From positions 1,380,001 to 1,412,000 of the forward strand of contig NC_017262.1 in NCBI RefSeq assembly GCF_000175255.2: 32,000 nt of DNA. Direction: 5' to 3'. This document shows, piece by piece, positions 1-8,304 of the stretch. This DNA comes from Zymomonas mobilis subsp. mobilis ATCC 10988 (GTDB lineage Bacteria > Pseudomonadota > Alphaproteobacteria > Sphingomonadales > Sphingomonadaceae). The notes under the pieces were generated by a model that made no database searches, had not been told where the DNA came from, and saw only the letters and a program-made list of their open reading frames with translations. Position 1 is the stretch's first letter, and the number at the start of each line of letters is the position of its first letter. A program made the translations under genes and the position numbers.

Positions 1-317
1 AGACCCCGTAAACTGACAAAATTGGTAGGTGCGGCAACAAATTGCCCGACAGCCGGTTGCGTAATAGAAGGCACTAATTGCGCCAAAGCCGAGGTAACAT
101 TCGTCTGGCCGGTTTCCAGCAATTCTCGATTATTCAAAACTTCAATAGGGGAAAGACTATCCCTTATTTTCTTATGCGTTTCACGGGTGCCGGTAACGAT
201 AATGGCATCATTATTAGAAGTATTACTAACAGTATCAGTCGCGGCTTCTACCGGATATTGTAAGAAAAACCATGAAAAGGAAAAAAGAAAACCTCCTTTT
301 TTAATAAAATTTTTCAT
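1..317 (-). CDS. TonB-dependent outer-membrane receptor, N-terminal part (gene continues past the window start)
   Basis: Reverse-strand translation from the ATG at 317 gives MKNFIKKGGFLFSFSWFFLQYPVEAATDTVSNTSNNDAIIVTGTRETHKKIRDSLSPIEVL...VSLRG. This is colinear with the N-terminus of the complete receptor at 8305-10716 (signal peptide, then plug start DAIIVTGTRE). The + strand ORF 22-339 in the track is its antisense shadow. Confidence 0.75.
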   Translation of the reverse strand, partial: MKNFIKKGGFLFSFSWFFLQYPVEAATDTVSNTSNNDAIIVTGTRETHKKIRDSLSPIEVLNNRELLETGQTNVTSALAQLVPSITQPAVGQFVAAPTNFVSLRG

Positions 318-339
318 ACGCCCCCTCTTTAATTTTTAG

Positions 340-720
340 ATAATTTTGCTTCTCCTCGATAATTTTTAATATAATTATTTTATTTAATGATAAAATTTAA
401 ATATAATTTATGGGTATAAAGTATTTATTTATTGGATATAAATTATTAAATAATGTTATATTATATTTCATCTTTTGAAAAATAAAGAGATCGACTATAC
501 AATAAAGGATAAAAAAGGATGCCATCACCCTAAATTAAAAATAAAAAACTAATTAAAATTAAAATAATTAAACAAATAAAAAAATAAAACAAAATCTATT
601 TTACAGTAATTTTAAAAATAAAAAATTAACTTTATTTGGAATTAAGAGTTTTTTTGAAAAAGACCTATTCAATAACCTAAAATTTTCAGATTATTTTCAT
701 CTAAAAAATATACCGCCGTT
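340..720. other. Extremely AT-rich tract: candidate DNA-unwinding element of oriC and/or promoter-leader of the flanking TonB receptor gene
   Basis: By my own count, G+C per 60-nt line is 4 (361-420), 7 (421-480), 4 (541-600) and 8 (601-660). Positions 530-630 are strongly A-rich on the + strand. The tract directly abuts the DnaA-box cluster. Confidence 0.5.
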
Positions 721-730
721 AACAAGAGAC

Positions 731-1137
731 AAATCCACAGACAGCTTTCCCTTATCGAGTCGCTTCTTTCGAGTCGGATAGCGACGACTCGACAGTTATT
801 TATCCTTCATTCAGCCCTATGGAACGCCCTGAGGTGCTCAATTTCATCCTCTTTCGGAAAGAAAAAAGGACAGCCCTTTTATCCACTCAATTTCTGTGGA
901 TAAGCCTGTGGATAACTAAGGTATAAAAATGGGGATAACTACTGACTCCCCAGTTATCCACAAAGTTATCCCAACTATCCACATCCATTCCACAGAGTTA
1001 TCCACAGGATAAGCCATTTTATACAAAGACAATCTATTATGTGTATAACTCATACGACTCCGTAAGACTCAATGAGTCGCAACAAGCATAAATTGTGGAT
1101 AACTCCGTGGATAAAAATGTTATCCCCATTATCCACA
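731..1137. other. oriC: Chromosomal replication origin: DnaA-box cluster
   Basis: Perfect TTATCCACA/TGTGGATAA 9-mers at 895-903, 907-915, 954-962, 998-1006, 1094-1102 and 1129-1137. One-mismatch boxes at 879-887, 930-938, 975-983, 1106-1114 and 1120-1128. Two-mismatch boxes at 731-739, 966-974 and 986-994. The cluster lies immediately upstream of hemE, the conserved origin neighbour in Alphaproteobacteria. Confidence 0.85.
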
Positions 1138-1182
1138 GCCCCAACAACAGCAACAACCATTTAAAGATTCTTAAGGATAGTT

Positions 1183-2220
1183 ATGGGTAAATCGCGAAAA
1201 AAGCCTGACGCACCCCTGTTAAAGCTCCTCGCAGGCCAAAAGCTAACAACGCCTCCGATATGGCTTATGCGGCAGGCGGGACGCTATTTGCCCGAATACC
1301 GAAAATTACGAGAACAGAAGGCGGGATTCTTACCGCTGGTCGAAGATTCCGAAGCCGCCGCTGAAGCGACTTTGCAGCCGATCAACCGTTTTCATTTCGA
1401 TGCCGCTATTCTTTTCTCGGATATTCTGGTTATTCCCTATACCCTTGGACAGGATCTTACTTTCGTCAAAGGGGAAGGGCCCAAGCTTACCCCGGCTTTG
1501 GTCAATCATCGTCTGGATCTTCTGACAAAGCTTCCCGATCGCCTAACTCCGATTTATGAAACCGTCCGTCGGGTAGCCCATAGACTTTCTCCTGAAACAA
1601 CCTTTCTCGGCTTCGCGGGCAGCCCTTGGACTGTCGCCACCTATATGGTCGCAGGGGAAGGTAGCCGCGATCAAGCGGTCACAAGGGCAATGGCCTATCG
1701 TGACCCACAGGCTTTTTCAGAAATTATCGAAGCGATCATTGATCTGACGGTTCTCTATCTCGATGGTCAGATCGAAGCCGGTGTCGATGCGGTGCAGCTT
1801 TTTGACAGTTGGGCAGGAACCTTATCGCCACAACAATTTGAACGCTGGGTCATCGACCCAACGGCACGTCTGGTTGAAAAATTACGGGAAAAGCACCCCA
1901 ATATTCCGATCATCGGCTTTCCCAAAGGTGCCGCTAGCCGGATCAAGGCTTATATTGCCGATACCCAAGTCACGGCGATCGGTCTTGATGAAACTATCGA
2001 CCCTTATTGGGCAGATCAATATCTACCCGCTGATTTTCCGGTTCAGGGCAATCTCGACCCCTTGGTGCTTCTTGCAGGTGGCGAGGCTTTGGATCAATCT
2101 ATCACGACTATTCTTGACGCTTTTTCCGAAAGGCCGCATATCTTCAATCTAGGTCACGGGATTCTTCCCCAAACACCGCTCACCCATGTCAGCCATCTTC
2201 TGGAAAAAATACGGGGATAA
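1183..2220 (+). CDS. hemE: Uroporphyrinogen decarboxylase
   Basis: 345-aa ORF with the N-terminal PIWLMRQAGRYLPEYR motif and full-length HemE-like sequence. An AAGGA lies just upstream of the ATG. Confidence 0.95.
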   Translation: MGKSRKKPDAPLLKLLAGQKLTTPPIWLMRQAGRYLPEYRKLREQKAGFLPLVEDSEAAAEATLQPINRFHFDAAILFSDILVIPYTLGQDLTFVKGEGPKLTPALVNHRLDLLTKLPDRLTPIYETVRRVAHRLSPETTFLGFAGSPWTVATYMVAGEGSRDQAVTRAMAYRDPQAFSEIIEAIIDLTVLYLDGQIEAGVDAVQLFDSWAGTLSPQQFERWVIDPTARLVEKLREKHPNIPIIGFPKGAASRIKAYIADTQVTAIGLDETIDPYWADQYLPADFPVQGNLDPLVLLAGGEALDQSITTILDAFSERPHIFNLGHGILPQTPLTHVSHLLEKIRG

Positions 2221-2317
2221 CCTGAAAACCAAAAGAGGCTGGCGGTTCTCTATGCCAATTTTTCAAATTTTGGTAAAGAATAGACCAAACAAAGACGTAT
2301 AATTTGAGGATTAGCCT

Positions 2318-2773
2318 GTGATTGAATGGATGGGTTTTCTTGATAATCTTTACCCTTGGATCAAATCGGCTCATGTTATTTTTGTGATTTTCTGGATGGC
2401 TGGTCTTTTTACCTTACCGCGCTATTGCATTTACCACAGCCAAACCACCCCGGGTTCTGTCGAGGATTTGAAATGGCAAAATCGTGAAACTCGGTTGCGC
2501 CATATCATTTTGACACCCTCGCTTATCCTCTCTTGGGTTTTTGGCCTGTTATTGGCTGTGCATATCGGTGCTTTCGTGATCGGCCATTGGTTTCATGTCA
2601 AATTGCTGGCCGTCATCATTTTAACGGCCTATCATGGCTGGTCTGTCGCTTATGCCAAAAAGCTGGCCAAGGGTTTTCGTCCGGCCAGTGAGCGCGGTCT
2701 CCGATTGATGAACGAAGTCCCGGGCATTATCGCTGCCATTGCGGTGATCTTGGCGATCATCAAACCTTTTTGA
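2318..2773 (+). CDS. hemJ: HemJ-family protoporphyrinogen IX oxidase (UPF0093 membrane protein)
   Basis: About 150 aa and 4-5 TM. The N-terminus (LYPWIKSAHVIFVIFWMAGLFTLPRYCIYH) is typical of HemJ, and the gene sits adjacent to hemE. The start is uncertain: GTG at 2318 or ATG at 2330. Confidence 0.8.
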   Translation: MIEWMGFLDNLYPWIKSAHVIFVIFWMAGLFTLPRYCIYHSQTTPGSVEDLKWQNRETRLRHIILTPSLILSWVFGLLLAVHIGAFVIGHWFHVKLLAVIILTAYHGWSVAYAKKLAKGFRPASERGLRLMNEVPGIIAAIAVILAIIKPF

Positions 2774-2830
2774 CGCCAAAGGCAAAAAGAGTCCGGCTTC
2801 CTGATCTTGACTCTGAAAAATAATATCTTT

Positions 2831-2860
2831 AAGCGGGTTTCCCAACGGTGCCCGCTTTTC
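2831..2860 (+). terminator. Hairpin plus T-run downstream of hemJ, inside the rho leader
   Basis: AAGCGGG (2831-2837) pairs with CCCGCTT (2851-2857) around a 13-nt loop and is followed by TTC. It could be the hemJ terminator or a rho-leader attenuator. Confidence 0.5.
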
Positions 2861-2955
2861 TATCCAAAGGGTAATCTTTTTCACATCACTATTCTGATCC
2901 TTTCTATCATTTCTCAGGCAATAACTTTCATCTTGCCCCTACGGGACTCCCCGAC

Positions 2956-4212
2956 ATGCATCTAAAAGATCTCAAACAAAAAACGCCCTCTGAACTCGTC
3001 AAAATGGCCGAAGAACTTGGAATCGAGGGGGCTTCGACATTACGCAAGCAAGACCTCCTTTTTGCCATTCTCAAGGTTCAGGCCGAAAGAGGCGACCAGA
3101 TTATGGGCTTGGGGACGATCGAGGTTTTGCCTGACGGATTCGGCTTTTTGCGCAGCCCCGAGGCTAACTATCTAGCCGGTCCCGATGATATCTATGTTTC
3201 TCCCAATCAGGTCAGAAAATTTGGCCTACGGACGGGCGATACCGTAGAAGGCGAAATTCGGGGGCCCAAAGATAGCGAACGCTATTTTGCCCTGACCAAG
3301 CTGATTTCGGTTAATTTCGACAATCCCGATAATGTCCGTCATCGCGTCAATTTTGACAATCTGACGCCGCTTTATCCTTCCGAAAAACTCAATCTCGATA
3401 TCAGTGATCCGACCAACAAGGATAAATCGGCACGCGTTATTGATATTGTTGCCCCACAGGGTAAAGGGCAGCGTTCCTTGATCGTTGCGCCACCACGGGT
3501 CGGTAAAACGGTCTTATTACAGAATATCGCGCGGGCGATTTCGGAAAATCACCCCGAAGTTTTCCTGATTGTGCTGCTGATTGATGAACGTCCTGAAGAA
3601 GTCACGGATATGCAGCGTTCAGTTAAAGGGGAGGTGATTTCCTCTACCTTTGATGAACCAGCACAACGCCATGTGCAGGTGGCCGAAATGGTCATTGAAA
3701 AGGCGAAAAGACTGGTCGAACATAAAAAAGACGTGGTTATTCTGCTGGATTCCGTGACCCGCCTTGGCCGTGCTTATAACACGGTGGTGCCGTCCTCCGG
3801 TAAAGTCTTGACGGGGGGTGTTGATGCCAACGCCCTGCAACGCCCAAAACGCTTTTTCGGGGCAGCCCGTAATATCGAAGAAGGCGGCTCGCTTTCTATC
3901 ATCGCCACGGCCTTGATCGACACCGGCAGCCGTATGGACGAAGTCATCTTTGAAGAATTCAAAGGAACGGGTAACTCCGAAGTCGTTCTGGATCGCAAAG
4001 TCGCTGACAAACGGATCTTCCCAGCTATGGATGTGGGTAAATCTGGTACCCGCAAGGAAGAATTGCTGGTTGATAAAGACACGCTTTCCAAAATGTGGGT
4101 GCTGCGTCGTATCCTGATGCAAATGGGAACGGTGGATGCGATGGAATTCTTGCTCGACAAGATGAAGGATTCCAAAACCAATGAAGATTTCTTCGCGTCA
4201 ATGAATCACTAG
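2956..4212 (+). CDS. rho: Transcription termination factor Rho
   Basis: 418 aa with an N-terminal Rho_N-like segment ([19 protein letters not shown]), the RNA-binding GFGFLR motif, a P-loop ([10 protein letters not shown]) and a conserved C-terminal ATPase region. Confidence 0.97.
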   Translation: MHLKDLKQKTPSELVKMAEELGIEGASTLRKQDLLFAILKVQAERGDQIMGLGTIEVLPDGFGFLRSPEANYLAGPDDIYVSPNQVRKFGLRTGDTVEGEIRGPKDSERYFALTKLISVNFDNPDNVRHRVNFDNLTPLYPSEKLNLDISDPTNKDKSARVIDIVAPQGKGQRSLIVAPPRVGKTVLLQNIARAISENHPEVFLIVLLIDERPEEVTDMQRSVKGEVISSTFDEPAQRHVQVAEMVIEKAKRLVEHKKDVVILLDSVTRLGRAYNTVVPSSGKVLTGGVDANALQRPKRFFGAARNIEEGGSLSIIATALIDTGSRMDEVIFEEFKGTGNSEVVLDRKVADKRIFPAMDVGKSGTRKEELLVDKDTLSKMWVLRRILMQMGTVDAMEFLLDKMKDSKTNEDFFASMNH

Positions 4213-4247
4213 GATAAAACAGAAGCGTTACTTTTTAATGACAAGAA

Positions 4248-4281
4248 AAAGAGAGCCATCTCCTACAGGCTCTCTTTTCAA
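4248..4281 (+). terminator. Rho-independent terminator after rho
   Basis: AAAGAGAGCC (4248-4257) pairs with GGCTCTCTTT (4268-4277) around a 10-nt loop and is followed by T-rich sequence. Confidence 0.6.
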
Positions 4282-4363
4282 CTTGAGAAAAATCGCTGTT
4301 TTTTCTTTTTGTTTTTTCAGAAAGACTGGCATCCCAAGCGTCAAAACTGTTTTATCTTTTGTT

Positions 4364-4408
4364 TAATCCACAAAGTTATCCACAGGCTGGGGATAACTTT
4401 GTGGAATA
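4364..4408. promoter_or_regulatory. Palindromic four-box DnaA-box module in the convergent rho/qor intergenic region
   Basis: Boxes: TAATCCACA at 4364-4372 (8/9), TTATCCACA at 4376-4384 (9/9), TGGGGATAA at 4388-4396 (8/9) and TGTGGAATA at 4400-4408 (7/9). The perfect 15-bp inverted-repeat arms are 4367-4381 and 4391-4405, separated by a 9-nt spacer. Confidence 0.6.
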
Positions 4409-4424
4409 GTTTTTTCTTCTTCAA

Positions 4425-4466
4425 GAAAACCGACGGGTCTTTTCTTTGAACCGTCGGTTTTTCTCA
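4425..4466. terminator. Bidirectional hairpin terminator (serves qor on the - strand)
   Basis: GAAAACCGACGG (4425-4436) pairs with CCGTCGGTTTTC (4451-4462). T-runs follow the hairpin on both strands. Confidence 0.6.
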
Positions 4467-4504
4467 AAACAACCTTGCGATTAGCCCTGAAATTAAGGCG
4501 GCTT

Positions 4505-5506
4505 TTAAGGAATAAGTACCGTAGATCCGGTCGTTTTCCGGCTTTCCAGTAATTGATGGGCTTTCGCCACTTCAGTCAGAGGGAAACGCTGGTTAATTTC
4601 GACTTTCAGGATATTTTTACGTAATAAGGCGAATAATTTCTGACTAGCTGTGGTTAAATCCACAGAGTTATCCACATAATCAATAAGGCGCGGACGGCTT
4701 GTATAAATGGATCCGGCTTTGCTCAATTCTAAAGGCGATAAAGCGGGAACGGGGCCACTAGCATTGCCGTAAACAACCCATAATCCTTTTTTTCTCAAAG
4801 AGGCGATTGAGCTTTTCCAGCTATCGGCACCGACGCTATCAAGCACGGCATGAACGCCTTCGCCGTGATTCTGTTTCCGCACCCAATCTGGTAAATCGCT
4901 ATAGGGCAGGGTCGTCACATAATCGGCACCATTCGCCTTTACTTTGGCGGGTTTTTCTTCAGTGCTGGTATGGGCAAAAACCGTAACACCCAAATATTTC
5001 AGCCAAGGTATCAACAAGCTACCGACACCGCCAGCGGCTGCCAAAACCATGACTTTCGGTGCTTCACCTTCGATTGCAGCATGGGCAAGGCATTTTTCAG
5101 CAAGCATCCAGCTCGTCATGCCTTTTAAAAGAACGGCTGCTGCCGTCTCTGCCGAAATATCATCTGGCAAAGCCACTAATTCGCTAGCATCGACAATCCG
5201 ATGGGTTGCATAGGCACCGGGCTTCGAGGTAAAAATAGCCACCCGATCACCGGCTTTAAAACCCTTAACCTTATCACCGACAGCTTCGATAACACCTGCG
5301 GCTTCACAGCCTAAATTCGCGGGGAAATCCTGTTTATACAGACCGGAACGATGATAAATATCAATAAAGTTAAGACCAATAGCCTGATGCCGTAATAAAA
5401 CTTGGCCTGCTTCTGGCTTCATCTTGCTAAGATCAAGCGGTTTCTTGACCAGAACTTCAGGGCCTCCGGCTTTTTCAGCGATAATCGCATAGGCTTCACT
5501 CATCAT
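4505..5506 (-). CDS. qor: NADPH:quinone oxidoreductase (zeta-crystallin / MDR family)
   Basis: 333 aa with an MDR fold pattern and the nucleotide-binding AAAGGVGSLL motif. There is a 4-nt overlap with the upstream hydrolase gene. Confidence 0.85.
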   Translation of the reverse strand: MMSEAYAIIAEKAGGPEVLVKKPLDLSKMKPEAGQVLLRHQAIGLNFIDIYHRSGLYKQDFPANLGCEAAGVIEAVGDKVKGFKAGDRVAIFTSKPGAYATHRIVDASELVALPDDISAETAAAVLLKGMTSWMLAEKCLAHAAIEGEAPKVMVLAAAGGVGSLLIPWLKYLGVTVFAHTSTEEKPAKVKANGADYVTTLPYSDLPDWVRKQNHGEGVHAVLDSVGADSWKSSIASLRKKGLWVVYGNASGPVPALSPLELSKAGSIYTSRPRLIDYVDNSVDLTTASQKLFALLRKNILKVEINQRFPLTEVAKAHQLLESRKTTGSTVLIP

Positions 5507-6204
5507 AAATTCCTTTCAATAAAATCGAGACTCCGCTGATCGGCTAATTCGGCCGATTTTTCAGCGCGTCTTTTCCCTTTTTCGGTCGCAAAACCGTGAC
5601 CCGCTTCGGGATAGACATAAAGCAATGCTTGTTTTTGCTCTGCAAAAGCAGAACGGATGGTTTTAATGGCCTGCTCCGAAACAAAATTGTCGTGATCTCC
5701 GAAATGCAGCAAGAGAGGCGGATGATCTGCCTTTATTTCAGAAAGATGCTGGTCAATATCGACAGCATAATAGCAAACAGCGGCATCGACTTTTTTTCTG
5801 GCTGCCAGAATGAAAGATAAAAAGCCGCCAAGACAATATCCAACAGTAGCAATCTTACAATCAGGCTGTTTTGATCGAGCATATTGAATAGCGGCTTCGA
5901 CAGTGGCCAAAGCCGCTTCATTCTCCAACTTCTGGTAATAGAGCATCGCCTGCTGCATCTCTTCGGGAAGATCGGGATCAAGCTCGACCTCCGGCGCAAT
6001 TTTCCAGAAAAGATCAGCTGCAATGGCGAAATATCCGGCCTTGGCCCAGCGATCGACTCGCCAACGGATGCCGCTATTCAATCCAAATATTTCGGGAATA
6101 ACGACAATAACGCCCTTTGGTTTGTGATCGGGAAGGGCGTAATAGGCTGGAATCTGATGGCATTTATCCACAGAAGGGATGGCTATTTTCTGACCCAAAA
6201 TCAT
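5503..6204 (-). CDS. Dienelactone hydrolase family protein
   Basis: 233 aa with the nucleophile motif VGYCLGG (G-x-C-x-G-G of the DLH family) and a C-terminal GHGF motif. It is translationally coupled to qor. Confidence 0.85.
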   Translation of the reverse strand: MILGQKIAIPSVDKCHQIPAYYALPDHKPKGVIVVIPEIFGLNSGIRWRVDRWAKAGYFAIAADLFWKIAPEVELDPDLPEEMQQAMLYYQKLENEAALATVEAAIQYARSKQPDCKIATVGYCLGGFLSFILAARKKVDAAVCYYAVDIDQHLSEIKADHPPLLLHFGDHDNFVSEQAIKTIRSAFAEQKQALLYVYPEAGHGFATEKGKRRAEKSAELADQRSLDFIERNL

Positions 6205-6307
6205 ATCCTTTGAAAGCCTGCTTTTTTATCAAGATAAGCGGTGCTCGCCGGATAGAAAGCGGCCATCCCGTCAAAATACGCCCAAAGCCCGAAAAAACAC
6301 GCTTATT

Positions 6308-6808
6308 TTATAAAGAAAAGGAACCGCGATGAAGCCGCTCATGGTCAATCAGCCATGCTTTTGTGGTGATACCTTCTCCGGCAGAATACTGTCCTAAACT
6401 CCCATCGGCCTTAATAATCCGATGGCAAGGCACAATCAGAGCCAAAGGATTTCTGGCACAGGCCTGTCCAATTGCCCGCGCACCGGATTCTGCCTTTATA
6501 GCCAACTGGCGATAGCTGGCGGTCTCACCATAAGGAATCTGGCATAATGCCTGTCTTATGGCTTCTCCTCTTGCCGTTTTCGCAGGTTGAAGCGGCAAAT
6601 CAAAACTGAAAACTTTTCCGGTAAAATAGGCTTCAATCTGGGCAACCACTTCCTTCAATAGCGGTGATTGCTTGAGAATAGCGGCCAAATCCTGTTTTTC
6701 GGGCTTTTTCATCGCAGGCGGCATAATAGCCACCCGCTCAAGATATTGGTCAGAAGCCTGAAGAGAAAACAAACCAATAATGGTCGGATAATAAAGCTGT
6801 GGCATCAT
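6308..6808 (-). CDS. ogt: Methylated-DNA--protein-cysteine methyltransferase
   Basis: 166 aa with the active-site PCHRII motif and a preceding SYRQLA...GxARAxGxAxxxNP pattern. Confidence 0.85.
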   Translation of the reverse strand: MMPQLYYPTIIGLFSLQASDQYLERVAIMPPAMKKPEKQDLAAILKQSPLLKEVVAQIEAYFTGKVFSFDLPLQPAKTARGEAIRQALCQIPYGETASYRQLAIKAESGARAIGQACARNPLALIVPCHRIIKADGSLGQYSAGEGITTKAWLIDHERLHRGSFSL

Positions 6809-6996
6809 TTTTGTCTTTGATAATGAGGCCTAAATCTTACCATAAAAAATCCACAGCTGCTTTTATTATTCTGCTGTTCTTCTCCCATAAATCAAAAGCC
6901 TATAACGGGTGACAGAAGTCACGCTTCACGCTAAAAGTTCAGAAAATCCTTCCGCCATCCTCAATACATATCCGCGATCAACAGGGCTTTTCCGCT

Positions 6997-8301
6997 ATGA
7001 AAACCATCTTTGCCTTATCTTCAGGTCGTCCACCGGCAGGCATTGCAGTGATCCGGATCAGCGGCTCTGCGGCTGCGGATACCGCCTGCCTTCTCACGCG
7101 CAAAAAAATCCCTGAAGCCAGACGCGCGGTTTTGCGTAATCTCTATGATCCTGATAGCGGCGAGCAACTGGATCAATCCCTTTTGCTCTGGTTACCCGCC
7201 CCAAAAACCGTGACCGGAGAAGACCTGCTGGAACTTCATGTCCATGGGGGCAGGGCAGTGATTGATGCCGTGCTAAAAACTTTAGAAAAACTGCCGGATT
7301 TACGCCCTGCCGAGGCAGGCGAATTTACCCGCCGTGCTTTTGAAAATGGAGTTATCAGCCTTCACGAAGCTGAAGGCCTAGGCGATTTATTAACAGCGGA
7401 AACCGCCAGCCAAAGACGCGCTGCCTTGATGATGAGCGGGGGTGCCTTGGGGCGACAAATCAGCGCATGGCAAGACAGGCTTCTGGCTCTCTCCGGTCAA
7501 ATTGAGGCCAGTTTTGACTTTGCCGAAGACATTGAAGAAGACGAAACCGAAAGCCGCCAGCATCTCGCTGTGATGAAAGACAAAATAGCCGCTCTTATCG
7601 CGGAACATCGTCAGTTTGAAAATCGTCCCACGATGGAAAGATTGCGGGATGGTTTGCGGGTTGTTTTGGCAGGTCGCCCGAATGCAGGCAAATCAACGCT
7701 GATCAACGCCCTTACCGGACAGGATATAGCGATCACAGCTCCGATAGCAGGCACAACCCGCGATGTGATCGAGGTCAGCTTTGCCCTAAAAGGCATCCCG
7801 ATGCGCTTTTCTGATACGGCAGGATTGCATGAATCCGATGATTTGATCGAAAAAGCGGGCATCGAACGCGCTCAAAGGGCCATTGAAGAAGCGGATATTC
7901 TTTTATGGCTCGGACAAGCGGAAGAGGCTCCCAAAACAGACGGCGAAGTCTTGGTGCTTTATCCGCAAATAGACTTGCCGAAACGTCATCCGATACCAGA
8001 AAAAATTGACATCGCCGTTTCGGCTGTCACTGGCGAAGGTATTGATCGCTTGCAAGAAAAGCTGGTCGAAATCGGGAAAAAAATACTCCCCAAAGAAGAT
8101 GAGGTTACTTTAAACCGCCGCCAACGCCAATTGGTCAAGGAGGCCGCCGATAGCCTCGCTTTGGCCTTGGAGGCCGAAGATATGCTGATCATGGCCGAAG
8201 CTATCCGGCAAGCCTGTCGTTGTTACGACCGGCTCACCGGAAAAGCAGGTGTTGAAAATATGCTCGACAATCTGTTCAGCCGCTTTTGTATTGGCAAGTA
8301 A
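6997..8301 (+). CDS. mnmE: tRNA modification GTPase MnmE (TrmE)
   Basis: 434 aa with N-terminal TIFALSSGRPPAGIAVIRISG, the G-domain motifs GRPNAGKSTL and DTAG, and the C-terminal CIGK motif. Confidence 0.95.
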   Translation: MKTIFALSSGRPPAGIAVIRISGSAAADTACLLTRKKIPEARRAVLRNLYDPDSGEQLDQSLLLWLPAPKTVTGEDLLELHVHGGRAVIDAVLKTLEKLPDLRPAEAGEFTRRAFENGVISLHEAEGLGDLLTAETASQRRAALMMSGGALGRQISAWQDRLLALSGQIEASFDFAEDIEEDETESRQHLAVMKDKIAALIAEHRQFENRPTMERLRDGLRVVLAGRPNAGKSTLINALTGQDIAITAPIAGTTRDVIEVSFALKGIPMRFSDTAGLHESDDLIEKAGIERAQRAIEEADILLWLGQAEEAPKTDGEVLVLYPQIDLPKRHPIPEKIDIAVSAVTGEGIDRLQEKLVEIGKKILPKEDEVTLNRRQRQLVKEAADSLALALEAEDMLIMAEAIRQACRCYDRLTGKAGVENMLDNLFSRFCIGK

Positions 8302-8304
8302 AAT

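Noticed and set aside
22-339. 105-aa + strand ORF (and ORF 78-263) at the window start
   Set aside because: It is the antisense shadow of the TonB-receptor N-terminus on the - strand. An equivalent shadow ORF (10445-10651) lies opposite the paralogous receptor.
358-378. Fur-box-like GATAAT... sequence upstream of the TonB receptor
   Set aside because: Only the first hexamer matches the GATAAT-GATAAT-CATTATC model. Such matches are expected by chance in >85% AT DNA.
340-720. Possible CRISPR array or structured tandem repeats in the AT-rich tracts (also 10740-11050, 26220-26460, 27980-28120)
   Set aside because: These are only low-complexity A/T runs. There are no regularly spaced direct repeats of 25-40 bp with unique spacers.
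340-1180. CtrA-type TTAA-N7-TTAA sites in the origin
   Set aside because: I listed all TTAA positions in 340-722 and no pair has the required 11-bp start-to-start spacing. The closest candidate, TTAAagattcTTAA at 1161-1174, has N6 rather than N7.
3619-4181. 167-aa and 135-aa - strand ORFs inside rho
   Set aside because: They lie entirely within a highly conserved gene on the other strand and have no recognisable protein features.
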